From NCBI RefSeq assembly GCF_001194135.2, contig NC_068990.1, forward strand, positions 35,499,567 to 35,559,192: 59,626 nt of DNA, written 5' to 3'. The notes beneath the pieces were generated by a model, which saw only the letters and a program-made list of their open reading frames with translations, did not search any database and was not told where the DNA came from. The DNA is from Octopus bimaculoides (Eukaryota). Position numbers and translations under genes: made by a program. This document shows positions 26,460 through 40,614 of this stretch, piece by piece; the stretch's first letter is position 1, and each line of letters starts with the position of its first letter.

Positions 26460-26760
26460 AAAAGTAGACTATCAGTGCAGAGTTGGACTGTATGGAAATG
26501 CTTCCTTACAGATACAGCTATTGTGGATGTTGCAATAATCTATTTCAATTTCTCACCAAAAATGAAGACTTCCTGCATACGTTTTGTTACATATCGGTGG
26601 AGTAGAGTGTTTAAAACGGATGAGACACTGCATATTTTATAAGGTTCGGATTCAACAGGAATCAGACAAACTCTACCCAGAAGATAACGTAGAGTTATTT
26701 GAAGAGGACAGATTTCAAATAGGAAAGGATAATGATGCATCTCATAAAATACGCTGCAGT
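26460..26760 (+). pseudogene. possible Tc1-like transposase remnant (internally deleted)
   Basis: RWSRVFKTDET (about 26594-26626) resembles the first-D motif WxxVxxxDE. RFQIGKDNDASHK (about 26710-26748, another frame) resembles FQQDNDPKH. The spacing is too short without a deletion, and no TIRs were seen. Confidence 0.3.
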
Positions 26761-26810
26761 TCTTAATCAACTGACAATATTGATGTTTGCAGTATTGGTA
26801 TTAGATAAAA

Positions 26811-27018
26811 CGGCGAGTTTTCAGAATCGTTAGCACGCCGGGCAAAATGCTAAGTGACATTTACTTTCTGAGTTCAAATTCTACCGAGGTCGACTTTACT
26901 CCCCATCCTTTCGGGGTCGATAAATAAATACTATATGAGTACTGAGGTAGATATAATCGACTTACCTCATCTCTCGAAAGTGGTGACCTTGCGCCAAAAT
27001 TTGAGATTATTATTATTA
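26811..27018 (+). mobile_element. SINE family A, tail type B
   Basis: CGGCGAGTTTTCAGAATCGTTAGCACGCCGGGCAAAATGC...GAGTTCAAATTCTACCGAGGTCGACTTT...CATCCTTTCGGGGTCGATAAAT...GACCTTGCGCCAAAATTTGAG followed by a short (ATT)n tail. Confidence 0.88.
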
Positions 27019-28016
27019 GATTCACAGATTAAGAATACAAACAATACACTCAATTTCGTAGTTTCTATTTAATAAATTTTAGTTAATACTATTTATTTGT
27101 GATGTAGGTATTTACAATGTTTTCTGAGAATGTGGATCAGCTACAGACATTAATTAAATCCCGGATTCTCTACAACTCAGTATGTCATTACAATTTGAAA
27201 TGTAAATACTTTGATATTAGAAGCAAAATATCAATATTTTTCTAACATTCTTATAATATTATTCCAATGTTGCAAACATGCATCATATAATTATAATTTG
27301 CTCATCATATCACTCATTTTGATAATATATCTAACCAGTCACTGCATCTGTTTAAATAGAAGACTATTTTTCTTTGGGTTCCATGCAATACTCCCACTAA
27401 AAATCCTGCAATTTTCCTCAATAATACAGATATCAATATCATCTACTAAGTATACTCGCAAAAACACTCTACCACTAGTGATAAATCGCACTCTTAAATT
27501 ACAATTAATGTTTCGTTTTGTTCCTGTCGCTATTCCCCTACACTCTACAATTAAATATTCTGTACGATATCGATTTTTCTGAGATTATTTCCCCTATTGT
27601 TTCGTCACAACATCCTTTATCGCCAAAATTCCTACCTTATACACTTAGCCATTAGCGGAACATTTATAAAACATACAATAAATAGCAGTTAAAAACATCC
27701 TTAAAGTGCTACACGCTTTTGTTATCAAGAATTATATGCAATAAAAATAATAAATCAAGCTCTATTTCGTCGACTTTAAAAATAATTTAGTTTTAGAAAG
27801 CAACACCTTTCTAAAAGTAAAGTTGTAATAAAACTGTAGTTCGAGCCCATTTTTGTCGCTAAATTTCATTTAATCTCCTATTTTATGCAAGAAGGCAGAT
27901 TTTAAATTGGAATGTCAAAATAAAATTTATATAAACACAGTACTATCAAAAATGATTTTCTTCATCTTATAATATATTATGGTTGTATATGTATGTATGT
28001 CACATATATACATACA

Positions 28017-28062
28017 GTATGTGTGTGTGTGTGTTTGTTTGTGTGTGTGTGTGTGTGTGTAC

Positions 28063-28120
<58 letters not shown>
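28017..28120. repeat. (GT)n microsatellite
   Basis: Directly visible. Confidence 0.97.
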
Positions 28121-28124
<4 letters not shown>

Positions 28125-28260
28125 ATATGATAGATATTAAAGTAGAATAATTTTAATGAAGCATTGTCTGATATATATGTTTTAAATAGTGTTTTAAATG
28201 ACACAACAACCAAAATTTAAAAAAATTATAAATACAGATGTACATACAACCATCTGTATT

Positions 28261-28738
28261 GATAGAGACAAACACAATACCGTATGGAAGCGGTACTGTA
28301 CTATATAGAAAACCAACCTATTATTGAATAGATACACAATCATTAACAGAAAGAATACTGGTGGAACAGTTCCATTAAAACACGAGCGAGCATAGCAGAC
28401 CTGTATTGTTGTTTGGGACAGACAAGAAAATTTCTGTATCGTCATAGAGGTCAGATGTCCTGCTGATTTGAATATCGCTTTGAAAATCAAAGAGAAATGG
28501 GATAGCTGTGGACAATTGCTTCGAAACATCCAGCTTCTGTATCCAGATCATAAACTTATAATCATACCAATAATAAATGGTGTGCTTAGTTTTTTTGAGT
28601 AAATTGCTAACTGCCAATTTAGGTCAGATTGGATTTTAAGAAACAAAAATCAAATAACCTAACTAGCTCATTTACAAATATTATCTATGAGAGGAGCATT
28701 AAAAATATGCACGACTTTTCTCAATTTTAAAATGTCAC
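28261..28738 (+). mobile_element. 3' fragment of a non-LTR retrotransposon with restriction-like endonuclease (R2/R4/NeSL group)
   Basis: Frameshifted translation: DRDKHNTVWK (RHD-like), KEYWWNSSIKT, EHSRP/IVVWDRQENFCIVIEVRCPADLNIALKIKEKW...LLRNIQLLYPDHKLIIIPIINGVL, and LQILSMRGALKICTTFL. This is the PD..E..K RLE C-terminal pattern. Confidence 0.85.
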
Positions 28739-31700
28739 ATTCTTTCTATATCTACATTCCAACTATGCAGCCGTGAATGTTTCTTAGAAACCAACGAACA
28801 CCTCAATAGAGAAACTTGAATAATTAAAAAGAGAACATACATAGATTCACTTGTATGTGTGTATGTGTGTGAGTGTAAGTATATATTGATATCTATCATA
28901 TATGTGTGTTTGTATATATGTAGATATGTATGTATACACAAACACACACACACACATACACTTACACACATATATAGTTTTATGTGTACGCCTAGTTTAT
29001 AAATGTCAAAGGAAATATAAATTATACTACTGTATTTGGTATGACTTGTAAACTTAAGAACAAAAGCGTGCAGATTGTATAAATGCGATAGCAAAACAAA
29101 ATGAAACAAAAGAATGATATAAGAAATATTAATGATAGCATTTGAAATGACAATGATATTTGTGATGAGATGATGATGGCTTCCAGAAGTGAAATTTTGC
29201 TGATGAAAAATTATTACTAATATTAATAGAATTATTATTACTAATAATTATTATAATCATTTTAACTCTCATAAAAGTAGGCATTTTATAGATTTTTTTT
29301 TATTCTGAATCCTATTTTTCTTATTAAGTTTAAAACTATTATTTGCTTGGTAACGACTTTTTAGTTGATTACTATGATAGTGCTGATGGTGATGTTGAAA
29401 AAGATGAACAAATATGATGCTTCAGTTTTAATAATCATAATGTCCATTGAATATGTGTATATCTGTGCTTATATATCTGTACAAAATCACAGGTGCTCAT
29501 ACATACATTTATAGAAATATAATACACATACTCACGCATTCACACTTAGAGTTTGTATGAGCATATATATATATATANNNNNNNNNNNNNNNNNNNNNNN
29601 NNNNNNNNNNNNNNNNNNNNNNNNNNNNNNNNNNNNNNNNNNNNNNNNNNNNNNNNNNNNNNNNNNNNNNNNNNNNNNNNNNNNNNNNNNNNNNNNNNNN
29701 NNNNNNNNNNNNNNNNTATATCAGTGTATGTATGTATAAATTAACGTATATCTGACGGAGCAGCCAAAAGCAATGACAGAATAGATTCATATCTCATTGT
29801 GTCATTAACATTTCACACTAGCTTCCCTATTTGTTTTCTTTCATTTTTTTTTTTTGCTATATTTAACGTTCGTCAGACTTTTTTTTTTCTGTAATAATTT
29901 TTTTATTCATTTATTTATTAGAGGTATGTTGCTGCGAAAGATAATTACATATCTGGCAAACAATTTCTGCGCAATCACATATTGTTTCCGAATTTAGCAG
30001 TGAAAAAATACCAGGCTGGTGGTAAATAACTTGCAATCAACAAACATTTAAGTGTTGGAAAGGTATGGAGATAGTTATCCCATTATTATTCTTTATTATT
30101 GGCTTTTGTGTTTTATTATTTAAAATAACCGAAACCCCATCATTCATTCCATCGGACTTATGGTCGGTTGCTTTCCAAAACAGATTCGCATTACCTTCGC
30201 TCAAATGGATTTTCATTATACGTTTCCTTTTCATTCGGATATTATATATTGTTTTGTACGTTTCTCTTTATATGTATTTTTATTTTTATTGCCGACATTT
30301 ATTTTTAGATTTGTAGATATTTTTGGTGTTTTCATTTTGTTAATTTCTATTATTTCTCATTGATTTGAAAAGGGGTTGCGTGACATTTTTGGTGTCGGGG
30401 TGGAGATGGAGGTGCGAAGAATTTTCGTAACGCTTTTCTTTGTTTTAGTGTTTCGTACTATTCTCTAGTAGTACTAAAATTTATATATATATATTTATAT
30501 ATATATTTTTTTAATTTTCTATTTTATAACCATTCATTATATTTTCATTTGCGGGTTGTGTGCGTGTGTATGTGTGTGCGCGCGTGCGTATTTGTGTATT
30601 GTGAAATTATTTTCTTACCAGCATTGTGAAACCAAGTAAACCTCCCTCAAAACGTATACACACAAGCCATATGTATAAGCAAGTACATACAAACAAAATC
30701 ATACGAAGACATGTACACACACTGTAACATATATACACACATAAATGCACAAATACACACATACATGTATATACACACACACAATCAAACACGCATACTT
30801 AAACACACACATACGCACACACATGAAGTATGTGGTTATTATTTCAAAATGTTTGTCGCATTTCTAGGAGCAAAAGCCAGTACAAATATAGAATCTTTCA
30901 ATTTAAATGTAAAATACCCTAAACTTCACCTTTTTAGAATCAATGTAACACTTCTACCATAAATAGACGAAATGTTACTGCCATTGTTTCTATGGATATT
31001 TATTGGGAATTTTATCATTATATGATATTTCATATGATAACTTTCACAAATATAATTGTGTAGATATACGTAAAAAAATAACACAAAAAAAAGATAAAGA
31101 AAAAGAAAACGCAGCAGCATCATGAAAATTCATATTTCCGATTAATTTGTATAAATTATACACAAATGAACAATTGGATTCAGAAAGGAAACAAATCATA
31201 ATGTATGTTATCAATGTTCTGAAAAGTGGAATATGAATTAGTTATATATTTGTAAATCTCTACTATATCCTCCGTTCTGATGTTTTATGCACGGATATAC
31301 GCGCGTGCATGCATGTACACACACGCACACAAACAAAGCACGCACGAATACTCGCACGTACACACACATAGGCACACACACGCAAACACGTATGAATACA
31401 CAAACGTACAGCACTCAAAGTTACACTCTCCTACATGTGTACAAATATATTTGTATATATTTATATATTCACGCACATTTACGCACACACCGCACATATA
31501 TATATATATATACATATATATATACATATATATATGTATATATNNNNNNNNNNNNNNNNNNNNNNNNNNNNNNNNNNNNNNNNNNNNNNNNNNNNNNNNN
31601 NNNNNNNNNNNNNNNNNNNNNNNNNNNNNNNNNNNNNNNNNNNNNNNNNNNNNNNNNNNNNNNNNNNNNNNNNNNNNNNNNNNNNNNNNNNNNNNNNNNN

Positions 31701-32684
31701 NNNNNNNNNNNNNNNNNNNNNNNNNNNNNNNNNNNNNNNNNNNNNNNNNNNNNNNNNNNNNNNNNNNNNNNNNNNNNNNNNNNNNNNNNNNNNNNNNNNN
31801 NNNNNNNNNNNNNNNNNNNNNNNNNNNNNNNNNNNNNNNNNNNNNNNNNNNNNNNNNNNNNNNNNNNNNNNNNNNNNNNNNNNNNNNNNNNNNNNNNNNN
31901 NNNNNNNNNNNNNNNNNNNNNNNNNNNNNNNNNNNNNNNNNNNNNNNNNNNNNNNNNNNNNNNNNNNNNNNNNNNNNNNNNNNNNNNNNNNNNNNNNNNN
32001 NNNNNNNNNNNNNNNNNNNNNNNNNNNNNNNNNNNNNNTATATATATATATATATATACATATATACATACACACACATACATATATACACAGAGAGAAA
32101 GATATTTCAATACAGGCTAACATAATACACTCATTCACTCACACGTAGGTATATATTTATATGCATTCAGATATGCAAATGAAGATAATCAAGATTGAAA
32201 GAATCGCCTGGCTGAACCACAGATCTAAATTTAGCGCAAACACATCCAAATGTACCATAGATGACTTAAAGTATTGGAACCAGGAGCATATTTATGACTC
32301 AATAATTAACGAAAAAATCGAGCTGTATAGTCTATAAATAGCAAAACATCTATACAAAACAAAAAAAGCATCCCAATAGCAAAAAATATATAATTTGGAC
32401 AGATCAAACCATCGTACATTAAGTAGAAATGCAGGAAATATTTTTTTGTATAATCGTGGAAGGTAAAGCATTCTAAAATTTTCTCTTCGCCGACGCAAAA
32501 ACTACAACGCTGAGAGCGAAAATGATTCCAATCAGTACACTCATTCTGAATATGATTAAAAAGAAAAAAAAAATCCTCTTTAAAGATTTTAGACGTAAGA
32601 GTAAATAAATACATCACGTATGTGCATCCGTCCATCCATCCATCAATTCATCCTTCCATTCATCTAGCCATCCATCCCATACAC

Positions 32685-32715
<31 letters not shown>

Positions 32716-32782
32716 CATAAATACATACATACATACATACGTACATACATACACACATATCTTGATATGAATTTAGCAAAAG

Positions 32783-32983
32783 AAGGCGGCGGCAGAAACG
32801 TTAGCACGCCGTGCGAAATACTTAGCGGTATTTCGTCTGCCGTTATGTTCTGAGTTCAAATTCCGGCGAGGTCGACTTTGCCTTTCATCCTTTGGGAGTC
32901 GATAAATTAAGTACCTGTTACACTTTGATGTCGATGCAATCGACTTAATCCATTTGTCTGTCCTTGTTTGTCCCCTGTATGTT
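32783..32983 (+). mobile_element. SINE family A, tail type A, cut by an assembly gap
   Basis: GGCGGCGGCAGAAACGTTAGCACGCCG...GAGTTCAAATTCCGGCGAGGTCGACTTTGCCTTTCATCC...AATCCATTTGTCTGTCCTTGTTTGTCCCC, with the same tail as 746-980. Confidence 0.9.
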
Positions 32984-33828
32984 NNNNNNNNNNNNNNNNN
33001 NNNNNNNNNNNNNNNNNNNNNNNNNNNNNNNNNNNNNNNNNNNNNNNNNNNNNNNNNNNNNNNNNNNNNNNNNNNNNNNNNNNNNNNNNNNNNNNNNNNN
33101 NNNNNNNNNNNNNNNNNNNNNNNNNNNNNNNNNNNNNNNNNNNNNNNNNNNNNNNNNNNNNNNNNNNNNNNNNNNNNNNNNNNNNNNNNNNNNNNNNNNN
33201 NNNNNNNNNNNNNNNNNNNNNNNNNNNNNNNNNNNNNNNNNNNNNNNNNNNNNNNNNNNNNNNNNNNNNNNNNNNNNNNNNNNNNNNNNNNNNNNNNNNN
33301 NNNNNNNNNNNNNNNNNNNNNNNNNNNNNNNNNNNNNNNNNNNNNNNNNNNNNNNNNNNNNNNNNNNNNNNNNNNNNNNNNNNNNNNNNNNNNNNNNNNN
33401 NNNNNNNNNNNNNNNNNNNNNNNNNNNNNNNNNNNNNNNNNNNNNNNNNNNNNNNNNNNNNNNNNNNNNNNNNNNNNNNNNNNNNNNNNNNNNNNNNNNN
33501 NNNNNNNNNNNNNNNNNNNNNNNNNNNNNNNNNNNNNNNNNNNNNNNNNNNNNNNNNNNNNNNNNNNNNNNNNNNNNNNNNNNNNNNNNNNNNNNNNNNN
33601 NNNNNNNNNNNNNNNNNNNNNNNNNNNNNNNNNNNNNNNNNNNNNNNNNNNNNNNNNNNNNNNNNNNNNNNNNNNNNNNNNNNNNNNNNNNNNNNNNNNN
33701 NNNNNNNNNNNNNNNNNNNNNNNNNNNNNNNNNNNNNNNNNNNNNNNNNNNNNNNNNNNNNNNNNNNNNNNNNNNNNNNNNNNNNNNNNNNNNNNNNNNN
33801 NNNNNNNNNNNNNNNNNNNNNNNNNNNN

Positions 33829-33890
33829 TGAACCGTAAGTTACATGAACGCAATCACACCGAGACTGTTGTCAAGTGGTGGTGAGGGATG
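33829..33890 (-). mobile_element. SINE family B fragment
   Basis: TGAACCGTAAGTTAC...CACACC...TTGTCAAG matches the plus-strand text of the inverted copy at 51522-51570 (GCCGAACCGTTAAGTTACGC...CACACCAGCATCGGTTGTCAAGCG). Confidence 0.6.
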
Positions 33891-34009
33891 AACATACACA
33901 CATACAAACACGCACTACGCGCTCACACACACGCGTACACACATGCATGCAAGCACACACACATGCAAACACACACACACACACACTCACACACATAAAT
34001 ACACACGCG

Positions 34010-34054
<45 letters not shown>

Positions 34055-36115
34055 ACATGTCACGTTCTGTTAAGCACTAGCGTTTCGATGTAATTTCTCC
34101 GTCTCAGAACTTTGAAGTATGTTACGAACGTATTCTATAACGAAGCCAGTAAGCAAACCATATATTGACACAGCGAAAGCAAAATTATCGCGAAACAGAG
34201 GATGGAGTAACACTGGCGTCCTTTTCAAGATGTACACAATGGCTTTAAGAAGTAAGTTATCACTGTAGCAAAGCAGTGCATTCTGCTCAAAGTTTTGTTC
34301 ATACATAGTTAAATAATATACCCCATATATATTTAGACAGATAGTATGTAGCGGATCATGTCGTAATCTGCTGGAATATATGTGTTCACATTTGTGTACT
34401 TCTTTTAGAGCAACATCACTCTAACTACTTACTATATTTCTGACATCTATAATGTGTATATTGTAGAATACTCATTAGGGTGGAGCGAAAAATGTGCTTT
34501 TTACACAGATTTTAGAAATATGTTTTTGAGAATATATTGTTTATTACGAAATCCTTTATAAACAACTGTGTAAGAATGTGAAGATCTTAAATTTATATCT
34601 TCAGGCTACGGAGCCCACTTCAAATTTTGAATAATGAGCGAAGAATCAATTCAGAACACGTTTGCCGTTCTTCATTTTATTTCTACATTCATTGTTACGA
34701 ACTACTTCCGTTTTCAAATTTCTTGTGTTAAAATATCAAGTTCTAAAATTTATATCTTACGGTTCTGCAACGCATTTAAACTTTCTAAATTATGTGAAAT
34801 AAACAGACTCTTCGACACTATTTTTATTATTAATTTATTATACTAGGTCACCGAATATATGTGTTACATGTCTAGATTACACACACATTAAAATAAATGA
34901 AACAAATTGTCAAGATTGTAGCACAAAAGATAATTCTTCTTTAGTAAAAGCGGAATATGATTTGACCTTCTAGAATACAGGTGATGTCTTTAAAGTCTTG
35001 GTTCTTCTTTACTCATTATGGAAACCTTTATGTTTGTGGTTGCAAGCAACTAGAAATGGTTAATATATATTCTTCTCCCTATCGAAGAATAAAATTGTCA
35101 TATCTCTTCTAGCTGACGCCGGTTAAATATAACCCGTTGCAGAATTCTCATGGTCCGGTGGACAGACTTCTAATTTGGTTCATGTTCGTCAGCTAAAATG
35201 TAGTGTAAGTATATAGGTGCTCATCATGTATACCCTCTAGACTCGTTCATGTGCTAAAGAGTTTGTTATTGAGAAGTGAATCAACTGTTATGATTTACAT
35301 TGATAGTTACTTAGGAGGCCCTTTAACCCCTGGTTTTTGATAATTGGAAATCCAATCTGTCTGCACACTAATATCGCATTTCTATATCCAGCTTATGTTG
35401 TTTATATTGCAATTCTTGGTTTCATGGATATCTTTCCGTTTTCGTTCTACCAATAGAAAGGCCGACAACTACAAAAGGACATTGGCAGAAAATTCATGCT
35501 CGGTCATTAGTATAAACCATCATTTATCAATCCTCAGTTTATGATGGATGCGGCAAGGTTAATACCAGTCGCTGATTCTATGTAATTAGAATTCAGTAAT
35601 ATATTTAGTTCTCTGAAATTGATGAATCGATCTGGAAATATCAGAACTATGAACTGAGAGTGATACATGAATATTTCTTTATTTACAATATATTTTTTAG
35701 TAGTCATATAAAATTTGTACGCTAATTTGTTTTATCTAAGAGTATAATCTTATGTGAATAATTGTTATGTAAACCTACTCTCTCGCCTATTTACGCTAAC
35801 TGTCCCAAATAATGAAGTATGTTGAGAAGATTTTCGTTACAATGTTAATTTTTTTATAATTTTCGAAACCGAATCGATTTTCTGAAGAATGAAATGTCGT
35901 TCCGACTACAAATTCCATTACATTTCTAATGTAGCAAGTAATTAAACATATTCGTAATTAAATGGAATGGTACTGGGCCCTGTGTTGTCTTTCTACTTAC
36001 CCAACCTTCAAAAATTGGAATTTTCCTTACACACTTTTTCGAGGGATTTTAATGGTCAGAGTTAGTGACATTGTTAGTGTTCAATTGTATTATTATTTAC
36101 CTAATGTCTATTCGT

Positions 36116-36271
36116 AATTCTTCAACTGGCTGATGTTTGTCGATTTTATATCCTCTCCATTTTCTTATTTGCCTTATAAATCCTGGGTATTTATAAATCC
36201 CCAGGATTTATAAGGCAAATAAGAAAATAGAGAGGATATAAAATCGGCAAACATCAGCCAGTTGAAGAATT
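36116..36271. repeat. 156-bp spacerless palindrome (78-bp arms, 3 mismatches)
   Basis: 36116-36193 is the reverse complement of 36194-36271 except for 3 base pairs, checked by hand. Confidence 0.95.
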
Positions 36272-36926
36272 GGCAATAAAGCTTAGTTCAAACCATACAA
36301 CTGTTCATCGTCATCTTCAACAACTTGGAAAGGTTCCTAAACTTGGAAAATAGGTGCCTCATGAATTGTCCGAAAGCAACCGCAAATCCCGAAATGACAT
36401 CTCTCCATTGTTACGAACTCATTTCACCCTTTTTGGATAGACTTGTGACTTGTGATGAAAAATGGATCTTCTATCGAAATCCTAAACGTCGTAAACTGAG
36501 AAGGGAACTTTATGGTAACAAGTTTCTTCTATCTATCTGGTGGGATTGAAAAGCTGTCATTCACTNNNNNNNNNNCAAAGATCACATCACAGAAGATCGA
36601 AGAGCTTGGTTGGGAATAAAATTCCTCATCCACCTTATTCTCCTGACCTTGTTCCTTCCGACTACCATTTGTTTCGTAGTTTATAGAATTATATGCGGGG
36701 CATAAATTTCGCAAGCCAGGAGGAGGTCGAAACTGATATTTCAGAGTTATTCGCTTTGAAACCAAAAGTGTTTTACATTGATGGGATTAAAAAGCTTGTA
36801 AATAGATGGAAGGAAGTCATAGATAATCAAAGAAAGTACATTGATGATTACATTTCAATTAAATATAACATTTGATCACTTGTCTACTTTATGTAAAATT
36901 CGGACAGAACTTATGGGATGACCTGA
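36194..36926 (+). mobile_element. mariner transposon remnant (5'-truncated, internally deleted) with right TIR
   Basis: EELAIKLSSNHTTVHRHLQQLGK (HTH); *VPHEL at 36351 (WVPHEL with W->TAG); RLVTCDEKWIFY (1st D); LLSIWWD*; PHPPYSPDLVPSDYHLFRSL; IKKLVNRWKEVIDN. Right TIR ...CGGACAGAACTTATGGGATGACCTGA followed by TA (36927-36928). A 10-N gap lies at 36566-36575. Confidence 0.93.
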
Positions 36927-37129
36927 TAAAAAAGGACGCTTTTTTCTATATTCCATTATTATATGTATATATATCCATATTTTTATATGTCCCTGTATAT
37001 TTTTATATTTTTATATTTTTATATTTTTATATCTCTGATATATCAATATACGTTTCAGCTTGGACAATTCTTATTTTTATCTTAATTAAACTCGTATGTG
37101 TGTGTGTATGTGTGTGTGTGGGAGTGGGA

Positions 37130-37168
<39 letters not shown>

Positions 37169-38124
37169 AACCGTAGTTTGCCTGATTAGAACTTTTTCTA
37201 TTGTATCCATCATAATTACCTAATGCCCCAGGTTCGACTTGAGCTCTTCTACGCTCTGTATGTGTTTCAAAAGACAATTATATATGTATACACAAACAAC
37301 AATTTTTGAATGCATTTAGCAATAATTCCTGGGACAGAAAATTGATTATAGGTCCATTCTATCAGCTCTGACCTCTGAATAAACAATATGGGTGTTTCTC
37401 CATTGATAGGAACTATTATTTACTACTAGCTATACAATTACATTTACCTTACTGGGAGATAAGGCTATTTAGTAATCAATCTTGGTGTTTATCTATAACT
37501 CAATATCTTGGGTAATGCTTGGCACAAGTTTGCGCTTGTATCTAACTCAATAACAAATATATATGTGTATAAGTAACTAGATAGGAACTTAACATCCTGT
37601 ACCACTTGATAAGAAATCTAACCATTAATTAAGTTTAAACTTAACTATTAGTTGGGGAAAGTTATTTCTTCAATGATTATTATATCTCAGAATAATTAAA
37701 GAATTACTAATAACGCATTATCTATGCGTATAGTTTATTTGTTTTAGCGTTCTGCTTTCATACACAAAGCAAATAATGACCGATTGTTCCTGGGAAAATA
37801 AAATAATAATACAATGAAGTGGGAACCTGTTGCGTCAGCATTGTCTTTCCTATTGGTGATGTCAATTGTAATCCACTTTCGTTTAGGCAGAAGAATTTAT
37901 GCACAATGTGAAAAGTTATCACATCGATCATCTCCATACATCACCGAAGACTACTCACAGGCAAGACCCGGAAGGAACCAATTGCATTTTAAGTTACTCT
38001 GCTACCTTAATAATGTATGTCTAGCACATACATATGCACACAGAAACACAAACGCACGCCATTTTAATAATATAAATTTCACTTAAATTCACCAAGCATA
38101 TACATATTATCTTCCACGAGGAGG

Positions 38125-38180
38125 TTATCACATATATAAAATGAAAGTTGATTTATCACATATATAAAATGAAAGTTGAT
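38125..38180. repeat. 28-bp perfect tandem duplication
   Basis: TTATCACATATATAAAATGAAAGTTGAT x2. Confidence 0.95.
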
Positions 38181-39130
38181 TTTGACGATGCAGGACATGG
38201 CTGACCAAGAAATTCTACGGAAGAAGAGTAGTGGTTGCCTTTTTAGCATCGTCGCGTGTTTACAATACCGATGGCATCCAAATGCATAGGGCAAAAGATA
38301 GTATTGATTAATAGCAGTGTTGTGCAGGTGTTGCTCCAAGAAAGTTGAGAGCCAAAACCGATAACGCATGAAGATGAGCTTATTGCATTATCGACCCAAA
38401 GGGTCACATCAAAGTTGACTTGACAGAGTTCAATTTCAGTCCAAAGAAGAATAGGAATAAACATAGCATACTATTCTATCTTAGGGCGTCATCATCCTGA
38501 CTGTCTTTATTCCTAACTTCATTTTACAAGTGTTTATAGATCTTTTAATGTATCTCCTGTCTTGTTCAGCAGCTGCATCTGAGATATGTTTCACTAGAGC
38601 CTCCATTGATTCGCATTTAGCTGTGGCATACCTTCAGTTCCCATGTTGTGGGTCTCTTCGAATAAGCTGCATGTAACCGAACGATCTTTGCACTCTGTTA
38701 GAGTGTACAGGTTTCCAAAGTTAAAATATATTGCATTTACTATATGTCAGCACCGCTGATGTGGCTGGGAAAGCCTACTTTGTAATGAAAAACAATAGGT
38801 AAAATGCCTGGGATGTTTCAGTAAATTTCATCATGTGATGTTCACAAAAACCTTCGGTATCGAGTTATCCGCTTCAGGATATCATTTCAAAGCATCGACC
38901 TTTGGTTACTTACACCGAAAACAATACAAAGACTGAAATTACTTAATCTGAACAATCTTTCCATCTCACTTTCCTATCTAGGAACCTTAATTTCTACCAT
39001 ATGCTTACAAATTTATATATATATATATATATATNNNNNNNNNNNNNNNNNNNNNNNNNNNNNNNNNNNNNNNNNNNNNNNNNNNNNNNNNNNNNNNNNN
39101 NNNNNNNNNNNNNNNNNNNNNNTATATATA

Positions 39131-39161
<31 letters not shown>

Positions 39162-40539
39162 GTACACATAGATACATACATAGATACATACAACAAAGAA
39201 TGCATACACACACACATACATGTGTTCATCATATTTCCTGAAATTGTTATTCTGATATTCTCAGAAAGCTTATCTTCCCTAAGGTGTCAGCTACCATATT
39301 GAGCATTGTGTTCTATGCTGTTACAAATTACTACAGAACCATGCTACTGGTTTTAAGAATAGTAATTTTACATAACATCATGGCACTAATACGCTACACT
39401 TGTAAACAAATACATTCGATTGTGTCTTAGTTCAATAATATTATTAATATAAACTTGAGTTATATAACTGCATTATCAAATTAATATTCAATATCCAAAC
39501 TTTTGAAAGCGTTACAACTATCAAGAAGAGATGTGCCTACACATCTACATACAATCGACTATTCCAGGGGATAAAGGTTTATCAAAGTGAATAAATAGGC
39601 TGAGGACAACGAGAATGAGATAAAATGTACCATACCGAAATTAAGATATTTCCTTACATGGTAGCTCTGATGCTCTACTGTTTCTTCTTTCGGCATATTT
39701 ATCTACATTACACACTTCTTGAATTTTCGGTTTATTTTCACTATATATTTCATCGTTTTTCCTGGTACGTGCATTTGTTTGTCTGTCATCACATATTTTT
39801 GGCTGACATTGCGAATTATATGTTTCCTTCCACTTTCTGTCATAATATATTGCTCATATTTTTCGTGTGATTCTTACCTGTATATGTGTACGTATGTGTG
39901 TATGTGTGGGCGTATGTCTTAATATTTAAACATTGTACATAATACTAACATACTGCTATGCATAAATTCATGCAGGTTATGTAATTGTATATATTTACTG
40001 AATTAAATTCCATAATCAGCTCGTCTAGATTCCGTGTGTATCTCTTGACATTTATAGTTCACTTTACTTTCGCATGTAATTTCAATAAGTTAATCTCTTA
40101 ATAGAAATTGTAAATAGGAATCACATATACATATAATAGATCGGAATCTAAAATGCATTGAATAGTACAAGCTTCACACAGTCTTGAATATCGCTCGATC
40201 TGAAATGCAATTACATAAATCCCACTTTTGCTTCAGTTAGATAAGCAATTTGCACTTATATTGTTTATACAGAATAGATGAATATATTTTCCCTGTCTTC
40301 AAAGATCCAAATATTATCTCAAGCAAGAATATTTACTGATAAACTAGGGATGTTAACCCTTCAACAAACTGCAGAAACTCATTTAGAGTCGCCAATGTCG
40401 AAACCGTTAAATAATAGTCTTTCAGCGTGTATTAACATCCATATCTCTATTAGTTCCCATTGTCCTGACACGGAAAAAGGACACAACGGATATCACATAC
40501 TAACATGTGTGTATGGGTGTGTTTGTTCGTGTTTGTGCT

Positions 40540-40547
40540 TGTGTGTT

Positions 40548-40614
<67 letters not shown>

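Noticed and set aside
37814-38086. 90-aa ORF with a hydrophobic, signal-peptide-like N-terminus
   Set aside because: No recognisable family, and the C-terminus runs into (CA)-like repeat. Hydrophobic starts are common in AT-rich random frames.
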